A stretch of DNA of 64,000 bases. Source: Raillietiella orientalis (taxonomy: Eukaryota). The DNA lies in assembly GCA_036172245.1 (NCBI GenBank), contig JAYWIR010000004.1, forward strand, positions 434,001 through 498,000. The letters are read 5' to 3'. Numbering within the stretch: position 1 is the first letter of the stretch; each line of letters starts with the position of its first letter. The notes beneath the pieces were generated by a model, which was not told the origin of the DNA, did not search any database, and saw only the letters and a list, made by a program, of their open reading frames with translations. This document shows positions 35,897 to 49,850 of the stretch, piece after piece. A program made the translations under genes and the position numbers.

Positions 35897-37799
35897 AATT
35901 TTTCAAGATTAGATTGTCATTCGTGCTGAGGTTGCATGCTGCTGAATACTTGCATCCGAGACGTGAGGTGCCGCTTCCCGGAGGCGTGTGTCTGCGGTGA
36001 ATCGGCGGCCGCAGCCCATGTGTTCGTGTTCGGTCGGTCGCGCAGACAGAAGAGACTGCTTCAGTAGCCACTGAGCCGGGTGTGTGTGCTGTTCTCGGGA
36101 GACGCGCGCGGGCAAGCCTTCTCCTGGGTCGCCGATTCTTCTGTTCCACGCGTCGTCTCGCACTCGTCTGTTTCGCTGCCCTGGATCGAGTCGTGGAAGT
36201 CGCGCGCCTGCAGGGCGAGTGGGGGCCGCCCCCGTCTCGGGGAAAGGAAACGCGGGCGATTCCATTCTGTGCGTGCCCAACTGCCCACGCGTCCTTCTTG
36301 ACCCGCCGGGGGTTCTTCAGGATGGCAGGGGGTCTTTCGCTTGCCCAGGAAGAAATTCGGGTCCGTCCTTATCTTTTGGCACCGATAACGCACCCGGTTC
36401 GACGAGCCCCCTCCACGCTTGGCGTGTCGGACGGGCGTCTCGGCGCGATCTGAGCCGCCGGAGGAAGGTCGCGCGCGTGCCGAAAAAGAGGGAGAGAAAA
36501 AAAGAAAAGACTCAAGAGGTGGCGTGCAGGGGAGACTTCGGTGCCGAAAAGGGCGGAACGCTCCTTCCAGGAATCGATCCGGAGGCCTTCCACCGAAGAA
36601 CAGAACTCCCTGTTCATCCTTTTCTACTCCAGCCTCCGCAGGTTGCCCCCGTCGGCTCTGCTAAGCAGCGATGCGCCTTCAGGCGAAAAGCAACCAAGAA
36701 AATGGTCCTCGAGAGGCAGTGGCGTTTCATTTGCTGTCATCCATCCAGGGAAAGGACTCCACGATCTTCTGATTTGGCAGCGGTGTTTCCCATGCGGGGC
36801 AGCCGGTTTTCCGTAGTCGTGGACGCCGCTGCATGCAGCGCATCCGCCGGCGCGTGCGTGGCTCAGCTCCCGGAAGAGATCACGCATGAAACGAACCCTC
36901 CCTCCTCCTCCAGTCACGAAACGGGTTCTGTGCATCGCGGGTGCATAATAAACGGGCCGCATGAGGTTCCCAAGAAGCACGTCCCGAAGTGCCCTCTTTC
37001 TGGAGGAAGTCGCCTCCTTGGATGTGGCCTCAACGTCAAATGGGGCGCTGGTTCCCGTCAGTCGAGGCAGAGGACCCACAGCAGCACCCGCAGGCGCATC
37101 CCAAAGCAGGAGCGCCCTCGCAGGGACGGTGGGAGACGACTGCCTCTTGCACTCGCTGCCTGGCATCTGCGCGGGGGGTCGTCCCCTTCTCGAGAGGCCC
37201 GCAAGCAGAGAGGCAGTTTGTCTTCCCCACTCCCCACCTTTCCCGTCAGGGACCCGCTCTTTCCGGAAGTGGGGCAGACCTGCCCGCTGGAAGGGGAACT
37301 CCCGCCTGTCCGGGAGTCAGGGAAGAGTCAGGGAAAAATCCTCTCGCGACCTTCACTCCCGCTCTTCCACGATCTCCGCCCGTGCTGCCGCCTCTCGTGC
37401 CGTCCATTCTGCGCGCGATCGATCGACGAATCGACGAAGCTGAGCCTCCTCGAAGTCCCTTGCGCGCCGCCAGCGCCAGGGGAGCCGCGGTCCGCGCTCC
37501 GGAAGCCCAAAGAGCCGGGATCACTGGGAGGAAGAAGAGAGAGACTTCCCTCCCCCTTGCACTGATTCGGCACTCCACCGCAAGCTGGAGAAGTTCGCTA
37601 CTGTACACCTTCTGTTGGGCGGCGGCTACGGCGTGGGGACGCGAGGGAAAGCGCAGATCCCGAGAGGCGAAAGCGAGCGCGGGAAATTCAACCGGATGTA
37701 CGGCGGAGACGCCTCGTTTCGCGTGCGGTGGCACGGTGCAGCCAGTGGCGTGGGGACCCGCAGGTTTGCACATGCAGATTAACCCAGGTTTGCGTGGGG

Positions 37800-39350
37800 C
37801 ATGACAACGGCATGACAACGTCCTCCCCGTCCACCCATTACCCTTCGAAGAGGGAGGAGGGCTGGGCGCGCTGGCGTGCTTCCGTGGGAGGAAAGTGGGC
37901 ATGTGGTGGTACGGGAAGGGGGGACGGTGCGTCACGTAGCCGGACGGGGCACGCGCGACCATGGGTTCGTGGGTGGCAGGGATGTGCACCCCTCGCCGGT
38001 TCTACTGGGCGTTTTGGCTTGCCTCGCTCGCGCCGCCGGCTCGCCGCTTTGATTGCGGTGCTTTACGACCCCGGCGAAGTTCCGCCGCCCTGCCACATTT
38101 TCGTTTTACGACCCGATATGAATCGCGGCGGGAACGTGGATGAGGGGAGCGGTAAATCTGGATAACTTCCAGTCCGTTCCCGACTGTGCCTTCAGGCTGC
38201 TACTATGTGTTAGCGGCTGGGCCACTTTTCAAGCGCCTCCGCCTCGTTTCCGGGGTGATTTAGAGGAGTGCGCCTTCCGCGCTGTGGTGTGGCGCCACCG
38301 CTTCCGGACACCCGCAGGAAAACCGAAATTCCCCACGTGCAGCCTGGGAGGGTTTGAGACGCTCCTAGAACGGGTCCCGAAAACGTGTCCGCCGGGGTTT
38401 GATCTCGCCGCTCTTCGATCGTCGGCTGCGACCCTTGCAAACCTGTTGCTGTTACTCCGACATGATTCTGGTCTCCTGGACAGCACTCTCTCCGATCCAT
38501 CTGCCCTGCTGAAGTTCGAGGGGGGCGCGGTTCTCGATGCGAACTTTCCGGTGCATCCCAGGACGTTCTTCTCTTCGCAGAAGGGACGGGGAAGGGAAGA
38601 TGCTGGTTTCTCTCCTCATGAGGGCGCTACTTCTCCTGGCAGAGCAGTGTGAATGCGCAGCCCGAAGCGGGGCGGCGCGAGGTCAGATGCTTCTCTCGTC
38701 TGTGCGCGCAGTGACCCTCGTTCGCTGAAGACCACGATCGTCAGCCTCTCCGTCTTGTTGTCTCGAAACTCCCTTCGTTCCGCACGCCACCAATGCCCCT
38801 CTTCCTGTTTTTTTCGCTTTCGTTTGGAACACGCGACACCTCCACTGTGGTAGGTGTGGTTGCTTCCCGACGGGAAAACACAAAAGGCAAAATGGCCTTC
38901 CGGTGTGTGTTGCTGATCGTGACCAAAAGCGTTTATGCAAACGGTTCAGGGACCGCCTCCGTCTTGGGGGCTTCATGGTGGAGCGTCTTTCTTGCAGCGC
39001 AGCGGTTCATGCGGAAATTGATCCGATCCTTCGAGTCGCATCTGGGAAGGAAGGAGAGGAGGAGGCTGAGAGCGGCTGGATGCGAACTACACGTAAATTA
39101 GCCAGCAGGGAACGAGAGGCGAAAAGGGGAGCTGCTTCGTTTCGGCGGGTGTCGTCGCGGAGCGTCGGCTCTTGGACGCGCGCACGCTCTGCTGACAAAC
39201 CGTCGAAACGCCTACCAGAAATCCAGATGCAGCCCTTCCTGAACCTGGACATGACAGGCCGAAGGGAAAGGTAGGAGAGGAGGAGAAGGAATGTGGAGAT
39301 GGGCGGAGGCAATACTGGCGTCACATCATCCGAAGCGTTGGAGAGGCTGC
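37800..39350 (-). mobile_element. Degenerate non-LTR retrotransposon RT fragment, clade unclear
   Basis: Ordered relics: FASRSLLANL, NAF(G)TISN (cf. KAFDTISH), TKGVSRQ (cf. KGVRQG), RVAADD (cf. YADD), LPLRRVMGGRG (cf. P...GGLG). Confidence 0.35.
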
Positions 39351-40299
39351 CGCTGGCCTTGCCTCTTCGCAGACGCTACGGCTACGGCGACAGCATCATA
39401 TCATTGTCATTCCGATCCTGGTCCCACTCAGGGATCGAATTTCGCAATCCTTCCGTCGCATGGGAATTCGTTGCACGGAGCGTTGCTTTCTTCTCGAGAC
39501 TCGCTAAGGCCTCCGAGTGTGGACGACGGTCGCTTTCGTCTCAAGGCCAGTTCTCGAGCCTTCGCTGGAGCATTCGCTTGCGGACTCATCTGTCTGCCTC
39601 TTCCCATCTCCCCTGCGTGCTGCTCAAGATCTAAGGGCTTGGCACGCCTTCCTAAGAGCAGCAGCCTCCGAGGAAGGTGTTTGCGACGCGGTGACCTCTC
39701 TTCTAGCAAGTATCTCCGGCGCGCTTTCCAGGGAAGCGTCTCTTAGAGGACGCTTAACTACTTAGAAGGTGAGGGATCAGAGAGGAAGGAGATTTTTCCC
39801 GAAGCACAAAAGAGTCAAAGGGGACAAAAAATGGAGAAGGAGGGGGGGAGGGGGAACTTCCCGAAACACTGGGGCTCCAGGGTGTTCAGAGTATGCTCTC
39901 CAGAACCTGTGCAGTGCGCTCACAAGAGAAATGCAGAATAAGCGCGCGCCCGAATGAGCGGAGAGGGGGGGGAAGAAGAAGTGCTCCCGTTCGTGTGTCC
40001 CTTTGTGAGTTTCTTTGTGTGAGTGGCAGCGCTCTGGACCGCTCTGCGCGGAGGATTCATGCCTGGCTGCTCGTGAACTCGCGCGAGGTCGCGTCGTCCA
40101 GGAGGCGGGGAAACCTCCGCATTCCTTCCCGTACACCCTGCGGTTTCCCGATTGCTGTCCGCCTTCTGATCTGGTCTCCATGATATTTCTCGTCTTGCTT
40201 CCTCCTCTCCCTTCCTTCCCTGTTTTTTTTTCTCTCTCTCTCATCTGAGATTACTCTTTCCGGATCCCATTTCCGATTTTGGTCCTTGGAGACGTTCAT

Positions 40300-43200
40300 C
40301 ACAGATAAAAGCATCCTCGGGCATGCATACCAGTTTTCGGATTGCTGCGCGGATTAATCACCAGCGGCAGCAGTACCCGTCGTGCATCTGTCAAGCTGAC
40401 ATGGCGGTACAGCGAGTGTCCCGACAGAGTGGCTCTGTGTCTCTAATTTTTGCCCTTCCTGGTTCCCTTAGCAACGTTGTTTCCGGAGAGGCGTGCCGCA
40501 CTGGATCCTGGAGTTCGACAGGCACAGGCCAGGGCTGTCAAGGTGTCGCGGGCGGATAGGGCAAACTCAAAGCAAAAGTCGCTGCCCGTAAGTTGCATTC
40601 TCTCCCCCACCTCCTTCCTCCTGCCCCTTCTTCTCCTCCCTCTATTCCTTCTTCATCCTCCTCCCGTGCTTCCTTTGGCTGCTTGACCGCGATCGTCTTT
40701 GTTACGTCTGTTGTGCTGCAGTCTCGGACATCTTCAGCCGGATGACCAGAAGGGGCAGATGCCGGAGCTCTTGGCGGTTGGCTTCGGGAACCATGGCAAC
40801 TCGGAGCTGGGCTTTCACTCGCGGCCATCAGGCTGGATCCATACCCAAGGGAGCTTAGAGTCCGGATGAATGCGGTCCGCGAGCATACCAACAAAAGAGA
40901 AAGAAGCTCACTTCCGGAGGTATGAGGGGTGCCTTGCTTGCACGCCCGTTACATTCCCGCAGCCTCCGGAGATCCAAGAAGCATCTCCCAGAATTTCGCC
41001 AGCGTAACCTGAAGGTGGACCGCAGGAGCGTAGGCTCTGAGGAGCTCCCGTTGCCAGCATGCGAAGAGCAATCTAAAGAGTCTCGCTCTCCGGGTCTGTC
41101 TGTCGATCGACCTCCCGGTGGAAGACAGGCGAGGTGGCTGACCGGCAGTCAAGAGGGAAGCAGTTAACTGCCAATGAGTTAGCTCTTTGGCGGGATCGAC
41201 GCCGCATCCGTCGGCAAGCAGCTCTGGCGTTCCTCATGTCCTTTCTCCAACAGAGTTGTTTCCAGACCCAACTTGACCTGATGTGGCCTTACTTGACCAG
41301 AAAAATAAGATGTTAGAACCTCATCTGACCAATGAACACACCAAACCAACCCGCTAAAACTAACTAGAGCTTTCCTGACGACAGGGAAGCATTTGTTCGA
41401 TGCTCTCCTCATCCCAGTACCAGGTCTCCCTATGTGCCCTCGGGTATTCCTAGGAACAGTCGTGGAAGACCGAGATCGGCGTCCTCCTTTCCTCGTAGGC
41501 TTCGGCAGAGACCCATCTCGTGAGGCTGCTCCTCCTGGAGACAACCCTTACTCTCGGGCCGGGAGTGTTTTGCGCCCACTGGCTCTGCAGTCTGTGAAGA
41601 CCCGTCTATCGGTGGAGTTGCTCCAGGCGATCGGTCACGCCACACCTTTGTACCACGAGCATCCATTCGGATCTTCCAGACGCCACGCCTGCCCCGTGGG
41701 CTCTAGAGGAGGAGGAACCCTTCACCTCTGTCTGCAGCGGCCCATGGAGTAGAGGTGGCCCCACCCTCATCCGGGATGATGCCACAGCTCGCTCCCTCGC
41801 GACCTGCTGCCGCTGTCTGCAGGAGCTCGTCCCACGCGTTCCGCGGGGAAGGTTCGAGCGTCCCTTCGGATGGGGTCCTCCCTTTGATACCTAGGCGAGA
41901 GTCATGGATGTTGTCCACAAGAAGTAGCCTGAAGGCATTGGGGCGCAACCCTCGGGCGCAAAAGAGAGAAAGCAACCGGCGAGCTCGGTGACCCGCGTAT
42001 GCTGGGAGGCGGGCCTTGATGCCTACAGACCCTGAGGGCGAGCGGAAATGATTGAGGGAAGCGCACGGATCAGGAGGGACGAGGGAACGGGGAGGGAAGG
42101 AAGAAGTTGGGTGGACAGGGTGACCAGCCAGAAGAGGAGGAGGGAAAGATGCCAAAGGTCGCGCCTACCCTTCCGTGCTTCTCGGGAAGACGCGTCCGCG
42201 CGCTGATGTTTCGGACTCCGATGGACGAAGGCATGACCTCTCCTCGACCCTACAAGCGAAACACCACAAGGATCTCCTGAACATGGTGCAGCGGCTGCCA
42301 CCTGGAGTTCTCAAGTTTGAGGGGGTTACAGGAAGTCGCCAGAAGACTCGGTTTGGGAGTCCTCTCTTTTCTTGAAGAGAGCACCAGAGACGAGAATGAC
42401 TCAATCGGCATTGTCCTTCTCGCCTCGAGGCAAAGTCAGTGTGACCTGATCTTCTCGTTCCCCCCTCGTGATCTTTTCCTCTGCCACTTCCCTGCACCAC
42501 TGAGTCAGCATCAGAAGGAAGCAGCGGTAACGGGAGGGAGGGATAGAGGGAATGCCGGTGCGATCCTCGCACATTCATCCTGCTCTCCTTTGCCAGGAGC
42601 GAAACTGGAAACGAGCGACAGGTGGAGTGCAGCCAAAGAAGGAAGGGGAGAAGTGATCTCTTTTTTCCCTCCCTCTGCTGCAAGACCAGTGATGCACCTC
42701 AGCTGGGAGTCCGGCTCGCGGATGCTGGCGCGGTCCGCGCGCGAGGAGAGACAGTGGCGGGAGAGGAGAAAAGGTCCTGAGACTGCGTCCTCTCCCTTCC
42801 TTCTTCTCGTGACCCTACCCACTGTGTCCCCCGCCCCATTACTTCCGTTCCTGACACTCCTGCGCACCGAGCCACGGAAGTGTCGGGCTTCCACGTTTCC
42901 ATGGCTACCAGTCTCTCCACGCTGGAGCTGTCCCCTCCCCCTCGGGTAGGAGAAGGAGAGAAGCGCCGAGTTTCCGGGAGTGGGCGGGTCTTCCTGCACG
43001 TGCCGTCGGCAGCTCTCCTTGGAGAGCTGTCGACCTTTCCGTGGTTACCAGCTCTCCAGCGGTCGCGCCTCTCCAAGGAGATGAGAGCCCTAGGAGGAGG
43101 AAGATTGGCATTCCTGCCTCTCCTGGCCTCCGCGAGTGCGCACCGGGAGGCTCGTTCCCTCCAGAGAGCTCGAATTGCCCCCTCCCCTTTCCCGGCGGTT

Positions 43201-45500
43201 GCCAAGGGACGCCTGCAGCCGCTGATGTCGTCCGAAGTTCCTCCCTTCACCGCTTTCTCCCGCCGGCGCTCCTGTCGCGGCTAGTCCTCGTGCAGTCGAC
43301 TTCTCGTAGCGGACAGGCACCTCTTTTCCCAGGAATGGGGCACTCTGCCCCGTCCCTCTTCCGGAGAGAAACCACGGGAGTCGCCGAAGGGTGAGCTCGG
43401 TCAGCGGATCACCTCTCGTGAAGGCAGACATCGCCCTCGAGGGGAGAGGGGCAGTGCAGCAGCGATCTCCAAACACCCGCCCTGGTTTCCCGGCGCCTTG
43501 CCTTGCCCGTCTGCCGCGCGGATCGGGGACAGAACACGCGTTTCCCTTGCGAGCCACGTGCCGGCCCGGAGAGATGCGGCCAGCGAGGCGATGCACGCGG
43601 TTTCAGGGCAAACTCACCCCTCTCTCCTCCCTCTGCCCTGTGGCTCCTCGGGCCTGGGGGCAGACCCCTCTTCGCGGCCGGGCACAGCCGGACTGCTCGA
43701 CTGCCGAAGAATTGCGGCGTGGCTTCCGAGATCACTCGGACGGTCTCGTGCCGCTGAGGACGAGGAGAGAGTGGTCAAGTCGAAGCTCAAGACAGCGCAC
43801 TCGGACCACCTTTTGGGTTCGCCCACCTGCCGGGGAGGCTGAGGCAGAGCCCCTTTTCTGAGAGTAGAGAAGCAGCTCCATCTGTTCAGGGCTGCTGCTG
43901 CCGTCCCCAGTATGATGTGGGCATCCGTGCCTAAGCTCACGCTCCTTGAGAGGGGAGGGGCGCGGCTGTGAGACTGTTGAGCGGACGCTCTCGGGGCGGA
44001 AGGGGGCACGCCTCGACTCCTCACGACGGTGTTGACGGGGGCGCGGAACGCCCGCACTCCAGGCAATTTATAGGTGGCTGCCGACTGAGGCGCTCGATGG
44101 GCGGTCTCCTGCGGTCGGCAGCGGTGGGTGAGGGGGATCCTCGAGAAAGGACTTTGGTACTTCTGTTCGCTGGAGAAAGGGAGGGGGGAGAAACGTTGCC
44201 GCAGCAGAATTTCACCCATGCAGGGTGTGCGGGTGATGAGAGGGCGCTCTCACGCGGGACCGACTGACCGCGGGTAGGTGCCGCCTCGAGTTCCACGGTG
44301 AACTGGCTGCAACAGCGGCGGAGGCCGCTCGAAAACCATCGCCCGCGCGTTTTCTCGCAGCATCCGCGAGGAGGAAGGGAGAACGCCCTCTGCCACCCGC
44401 AATGCCTTCAACGCACCTCGCATTCCTTACTGGTGCCTCTTCCCTGGAGCTCCTTCCTCGTGCTGTTTGCCGAAGAGTCCATTGGTCGCGAAGAAGGTTG
44501 GTCGCCTCCGGCGGGATTCCGTCAGTTTGGTCCTGTCCCGGAAGTGTATCTTTGTCCGTAGCACCCATTCCACTAAGCAGTGGTTGTCCACGTGGTCACG
44601 CCCTCGAGGAGGGTTTCCAGCATCAGTCGTCGAGCGTCGAGCGTGGAGGACCTTCATGTCTCCCTCCAGGAGCTCCGAGACCCTGGAGGGAGAGCCGACG
44701 AGTCGCAGGCTAGGCGCCGCAAAGACCGGGGCCTTGTAAGGGAGGGGGCAATAAAGAACGAATAAAATGAGTGGGCGGGGTAGAGCGGAGATTCGTTGGT
44801 TTGCTGAAACCGTCGGCTTCCCACACTCCCGTTCGAGAGAGACCATCTGACCACTCTGCTCACTTGGAGGTGGTCACGCCAAGGAGTTCCGCAGCGAAAC
44901 AACGACCGCGCAGTGCTGCCACTGCTGGGGCAGGCGGAAGTCCATCTTGCTTGCGGAGAGGCTCCGTGACAACGCCCTATGGGTGTTCTATGGGTGCCGC
45001 ATCTCAGTCCCAGACCTTGCCAGTTGCTTTGTTATTCAGGACAGTAGAGAGGCAGACATGGAAGGACACAACCTCGTGTAAGCACATTTCGGGGGGTCGC
45101 TGTTCCTAATCCGGCAGTGCAGGTGTCCCATGCAGAGTGGCAGTAGGGGGAGGTGGGCACCTCAGAGCGTGCGACAAGCGCCGGTCTGAGTTTCCTCCTC
45201 CCGTCTCCAGCATCTCGGTAGACTGTTCTCAGAGAGGGTCAGAGTTAGGAGGATACCCCAAGAAGTGGTTTCCATCCAGCGCCACCCCAATAAGATGAAC
45301 GAAAGCTGCTACCTGGCAAGATTGGAGTTCTCCTTGGACCCATCACTGGAGAGACCAAGGTCCGAGGCGCTTGGACGGCGGACCAGCTGACTCTCGGTGC
45401 CCGGGAGAAAGGTCTACTCCTTTGGATGAAATTTGCGAGCAGCCCGACCAACCATCTGGTCCTTCCATTCATGTGTTCGGAAGTCTTCGTGCTGCTCTTC
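40300..45500 (-). mobile_element. Near full-length degenerate Tx1/L1-like LINE
   Basis: Possible CCHC knuckle relic near 45130; APE-like DAHIILGT and GRGTG; REPDS...EGGKK; PGKGEQD; SLQEKRGLPNRVFW (cf. SLDQEKAFDRV.W); AGHPVHPTSSF; RLPAYAGH (PAYAGH at 41988-42005, cf. KLSAYADD); LPKPTRKGG. Confidence 0.6.
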
Positions 45501-46299
45501 GAGACTCTTCTTGCTCCAGGAGTTCCTGGTCAGCGAGCACCAGTACCGGTGATCAGAGTGGTGTCTCCTCCGAACCTCCTTGCGGTCTCTGGTGTCCTCC
45601 GGAGCATCTGGAGACGCCTGGGAGTCGCCCTGCTGTGGGATCCGAGAGAACTCCCCGGTGGAATTGCTGCGGCTTCACGAGCGAGTTCCTGCCGTGCTGC
45701 ATTGCGTCCGAGGAGCAGCAGCGAGCGAGAGGGAAACTCCAGAGATGGAAGGGAGAGGCCACCACTGCCACACGCCGGGAAGGGTGGCAAAGAGGACCTT
45801 TACCGCGAACAAAAGAGGTGAGACAGGGAACTCTCCTGGGTCTTGTGCTGGCTGAAGACGACGAGGCTCTTTTGATCTGTATCCCATTTCTTCACTTCCT
45901 TGTGTATTTGTTTCCTCCTTTCCTTTGACATCCCGTTTTTCTTGGTAGCCGGCCTGCTAGTCAGCGGTTCTCTTCTTTGGGAACTCTCTGATTCTACTGG
46001 GAAAATTTCCCATTTTGTCTGTTTGTCTTCGAGGAATAAATATACAGGTGCTAACAGAGACCACAGTGTCGTCCCCTCAGGTAACCATGGAAATCAGAGT
46101 GCAAAAAGCTCGCTGTCCACTTGAGGGGTAGCAAGAATCTGCCCAGATGCGTGGGTGAGATCATCAACTCCTCTGGTTCAGAAGCTCCGCTAACCGTCTT
46201 CTTTCTCCCGGAAACTGAGGGTTGCCTCGTCGGTCAGCTGGCCCACCGACGACCACTTAGGAATCTCGTCACTTCTGCAGTAGGATGCGAGAAAAATCC

Positions 46300-49200
46300 C
46301 ACCCTGACGGCTGGAAACCCCAAGCTTCAGCGAGGCACGCTCCTCTGTGACTGTTGGAGAAGAGCAGACTAACCATGGCTATCCCTTTCAAGGACTCATT
46401 CGGACACGTGATTGATTCTTCAAGGCTGCTTTGCCGTTTTTCTAGTGTTCTCACTTCTTGGTAGCTCTCTTCCATCTTTTACGGGGTCTTCTGAGCACTG
46501 TCAAAAACAATTATAGACATGCCAAAGATCCCCGCCGGCTTGATTGCAAATATGAAAGCACAGGAACGTACTTGTCTGAGGAAGCTAAAGAACATCTGCT
46601 GCTTTCTGAGGAAAGGATTTGCACTTAAGCAGACTTTCGACGTGAACTGTGGCATATTTGAAACCTTTCCAGCTGCGAGTCTAGGGATGTTCTTGTTCTA
46701 CGCATTCGTCTTAAGCCCCGTACCACATGCACTGGCGCAGGCATGTGCTACGGTACAGGCGTGCCTTTGAGTATTCTCAGCATGCTCTTCAAAACCGTTT
46801 TTTGCCAAGGCGACGCTGAGATCTCCGAAGACTCTCCTCCTCATCGGAGTATCACGGTTCTTCGATTCCCAGGCAGGAAGGTACAGCGAGCAGCATCCGG
46901 GTTTTCAGGAGGAGGGAAAAAAAAGAAGCAATGTATGCATCTTTGAAGAGAACAGCGTTCTGGAAAGTTCCAAGGAGTGAGGACGCATGTGACTAAGATG
47001 AAGCTCCTCCAGTGGAAAACCAAGGGGTTAGTATTCCGAAGAAGAATGGAACAATTGGCTGATGAATTCTTAACGAGGAGGAGCCATTGTGGATGATTTG
47101 TTTTTAATAAGGGGGAACCTGACTGGGCGCGTAATGAAAAATTGTTCTTAACCATGGAAACTCAAGGAGCACTAGAGTTTTTAAGGAACTCAGCGCGCTG
47201 TGCAAGATGACGATTTATTTATAGCACACGGCACTATCAAGATTGCAATCTCAAAGCTTCTAGGGTCATTACGATAATTAAGACAGTAGTAATCTCTACA
47301 GGAGAAGCCTTGTCCGTACGAATGGTTGACTCGAATATTCAATGAAGAAGGGTAACAACTGACACATGGAGGAGAGTCCTTATTTATCTTTCGTGCAATC
47401 GAGCTGAAGGGGAGGAAGAAACTAATGGTCACCGTGCGGGGCCATACTGGGTCTTCCTGTGCTCTCCTTGGTTTCCACGCACGTAACTACTTTCGAAGAC
47501 TGGCGTTTGTGCCCAATTCGCGGTGTTACTCAAGGCACAGTCGCAAGAATCCTGCTTCAGGATTTCAGCCTCCGAACTGAGCCAAGACGCGCAGACTGGA
47601 GGAAAAGAAATCGAGGACCTAGGACTACTAGGCTGAGGAAAACCTAGAAACCCCTGAATTCTGACTCATTGCGTTGAGCAGAGCTTTTGTAGTGGAAGTT
47701 TGCAGCAACGTACAAACTAGGTGGTCATCCCTGTTGCTATTCATCCCTTAGGAGGGTTTGCTTACTGCCTCGTATGGCAAACAACCTTTCGAGTAAGCAG
47801 TTCTTTCGAAAGAAGCAAAAAACACCCGTTTTCTGCTCCTTCAGGAGTCCTCAGCGACTCGAAAACGAAGACCCTAACCGGCTATTGGGCTAGAGCTCCG
47901 CAGATTGCTTCCACTCTTGCTCTGGAAATTTCCGTGACGGTAGCAGGTTCCATTTGTTCGTATTTTCCTTTTTTCGCATTGTGGCAGGAATTGGGAGGCG
48001 TTCTGAGCGCTACCTCAGCAAGCATTCCTTGATTGCTGACGTCTTTTGGGTACCAGAAGCAGTAGGCAGTAGAACTGCTCCATCCAGTTGATTTCTAATG
48101 CATCAAATCAGGGTTCTGATGAAGACATCGAGCTCAATATAGTTAGGATTTTGCTCTTCATCAAGAAATTCCAGTCTCATCCTTAGGATATGACAGACGA
48201 TAACTGAGAGAGTCTCATGTCGCGAGAATCTCGAGCTGGTGATCTTTGACCACCTTTCGCTTCGCACCTTCATTTCCTTCATGCCTTACCCATTACGCAT
48301 GCACAAAGTCCACTGGATTCTCTGCATCTGTATGTTGGATGCTAACAATGAAAACAACAAGATCTTCAAGGAAAGCAAGATCCTAAATGCTGCTGGTCAT
48401 GGAAACATCTGTTCACGAAGCAAGATTAAAGCAGTGGGGTGCGAAGCTCTTAACCATTTACTAAGCATCATCATTTATTTAAGCAGATCCAAATGGGCAG
48501 AACTGAACACCGAGAAACAAAAAACACTCCATTCGCTCTTTTCTAAACTGCACAGTCGTTTAGCTGCTTCAGGAAACTCTAGAGGATTAATAACAGATGC
48601 CACTTAACGGGAGGAATCCGTCTCCTATGATGATGACCATTCTCTCAAGCACAAGGTACTGGTAAAGAGCGTAATGCATCTTTTTTCATTCCTAAGCTGA
48701 TGAAGTGAAGAAAACTGTAGAGAGGCTGATGGATGTCTGGGATATTAAAACAGTGGTTTCTTAAGCTTTCAAGGAGTGGTAGTCGTTGTCTTCCTCTCTC
48801 TATGAAACCTACAAACCATCAAGGGGAATGTGTCAGAGGAATTCACCAAAAAACACAAGGGAAGCTTGATGGAACCTCTGCGGAAGCGCTATTTGTTCCT
48901 ATGATGGCCAAAAGACTAGAGGGACAAAGGACACTCATCAACCTGATCGTGACAGAAAACTGCTGCCATTGGACGGGACAGCTGCTAGCAAGGCAGTACA
49001 TCTTTCCGGGACCAACGCCCAGAACTTCTTAACTGCTCCTTCACCCTTTTTGTCCGTTCACTACAGATGGGTTTCTTCTAGGTGAAATTATCGCCAATTT
49101 TCCATATGTCACTTAGCCTGTTGACTGGCAGCTCCTGGAACCATTTGCTTTGCAGACTTCTCTCCTACTATGTCGAAGATGGGCGCAGGAAAAGGGGCAG

Positions 49201-49850
49201 TGCTGTTTTGTTCTTCCGGAGATGAAGGACGAGAGAATCCATGGCTTTACGGATTGATATTCAACAGAGTCGCTGCGGGAGGCTCTCATGTTTGAAACCG
49301 TCCTTCGACCATCTGCTGCTGTTTCTTTTTGACAAATCCCAGCAACTTCGATATCCCTGACTGTTACGGCACGGAGAAATTGTCGCTTCAGAGCTGTGAG
49401 AATTCTGAGCAATACGAGAACCACAAAGTTTTAAGAATGAGGTCTTCGCTAGTTCCTCTAGTCTTGACTGGGCATTCTTGGTTTTCTCGACCTCGCTTAT
49501 ACGGTGCAGTCAGGACACGCAAAGGCAGAACAGGATTCCTTACAGGCAGAACGTCTGTGCCAAGATCGATAGGTGTGGCTCAAGAAACTGCTGCCACGAA
49601 ACGGTGGCTGTCTTATCCTGAAGAAAAAGAAACGAGGTTCCATGAGATGAGATTCCACTTCAGCTGAATCTCCTACCGGACCTAGTCCCCAGAAACTCAA
49701 GTTGGAACTTCTTTCTGTGTGAGAACGCAGCAAAAGCGGTGGTAGGAGCACGGGGAAGAAAAGAGACCACACGCAGAGAAGAACCGCCCGTCCTAATCGC
49801 GGGCAAAGGAGCACTCGCTTCAGGAAAAGCATCATTCGTGGGATCCCTGA
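46300..49850 (+). mobile_element. Degenerate Ty3/Gypsy LTR retrotransposon internal region (gag-protease-RT-RNase H-integrase)
   Basis: Gag-like RDVLVLRIR (46683-46709); protease-like VVISTGEALSV; RT WRLC (47501-47512), LIALSRAF, HPLGGFAY...SSSFER; RNase H-like MLDA; integrase-like RGIHQKTQG...FVPMMAKRLE, LLHPFCPF, GFLTGRT. Integrase follows RNase H, as in Gypsy. LTRs were not identified. Confidence 0.6.

Noticed and set aside
36084..37565. 493-aa plus-strand ORF
   Set aside because: Non-ATG start, GC-driven composition and no domain motif; treated as spurious.
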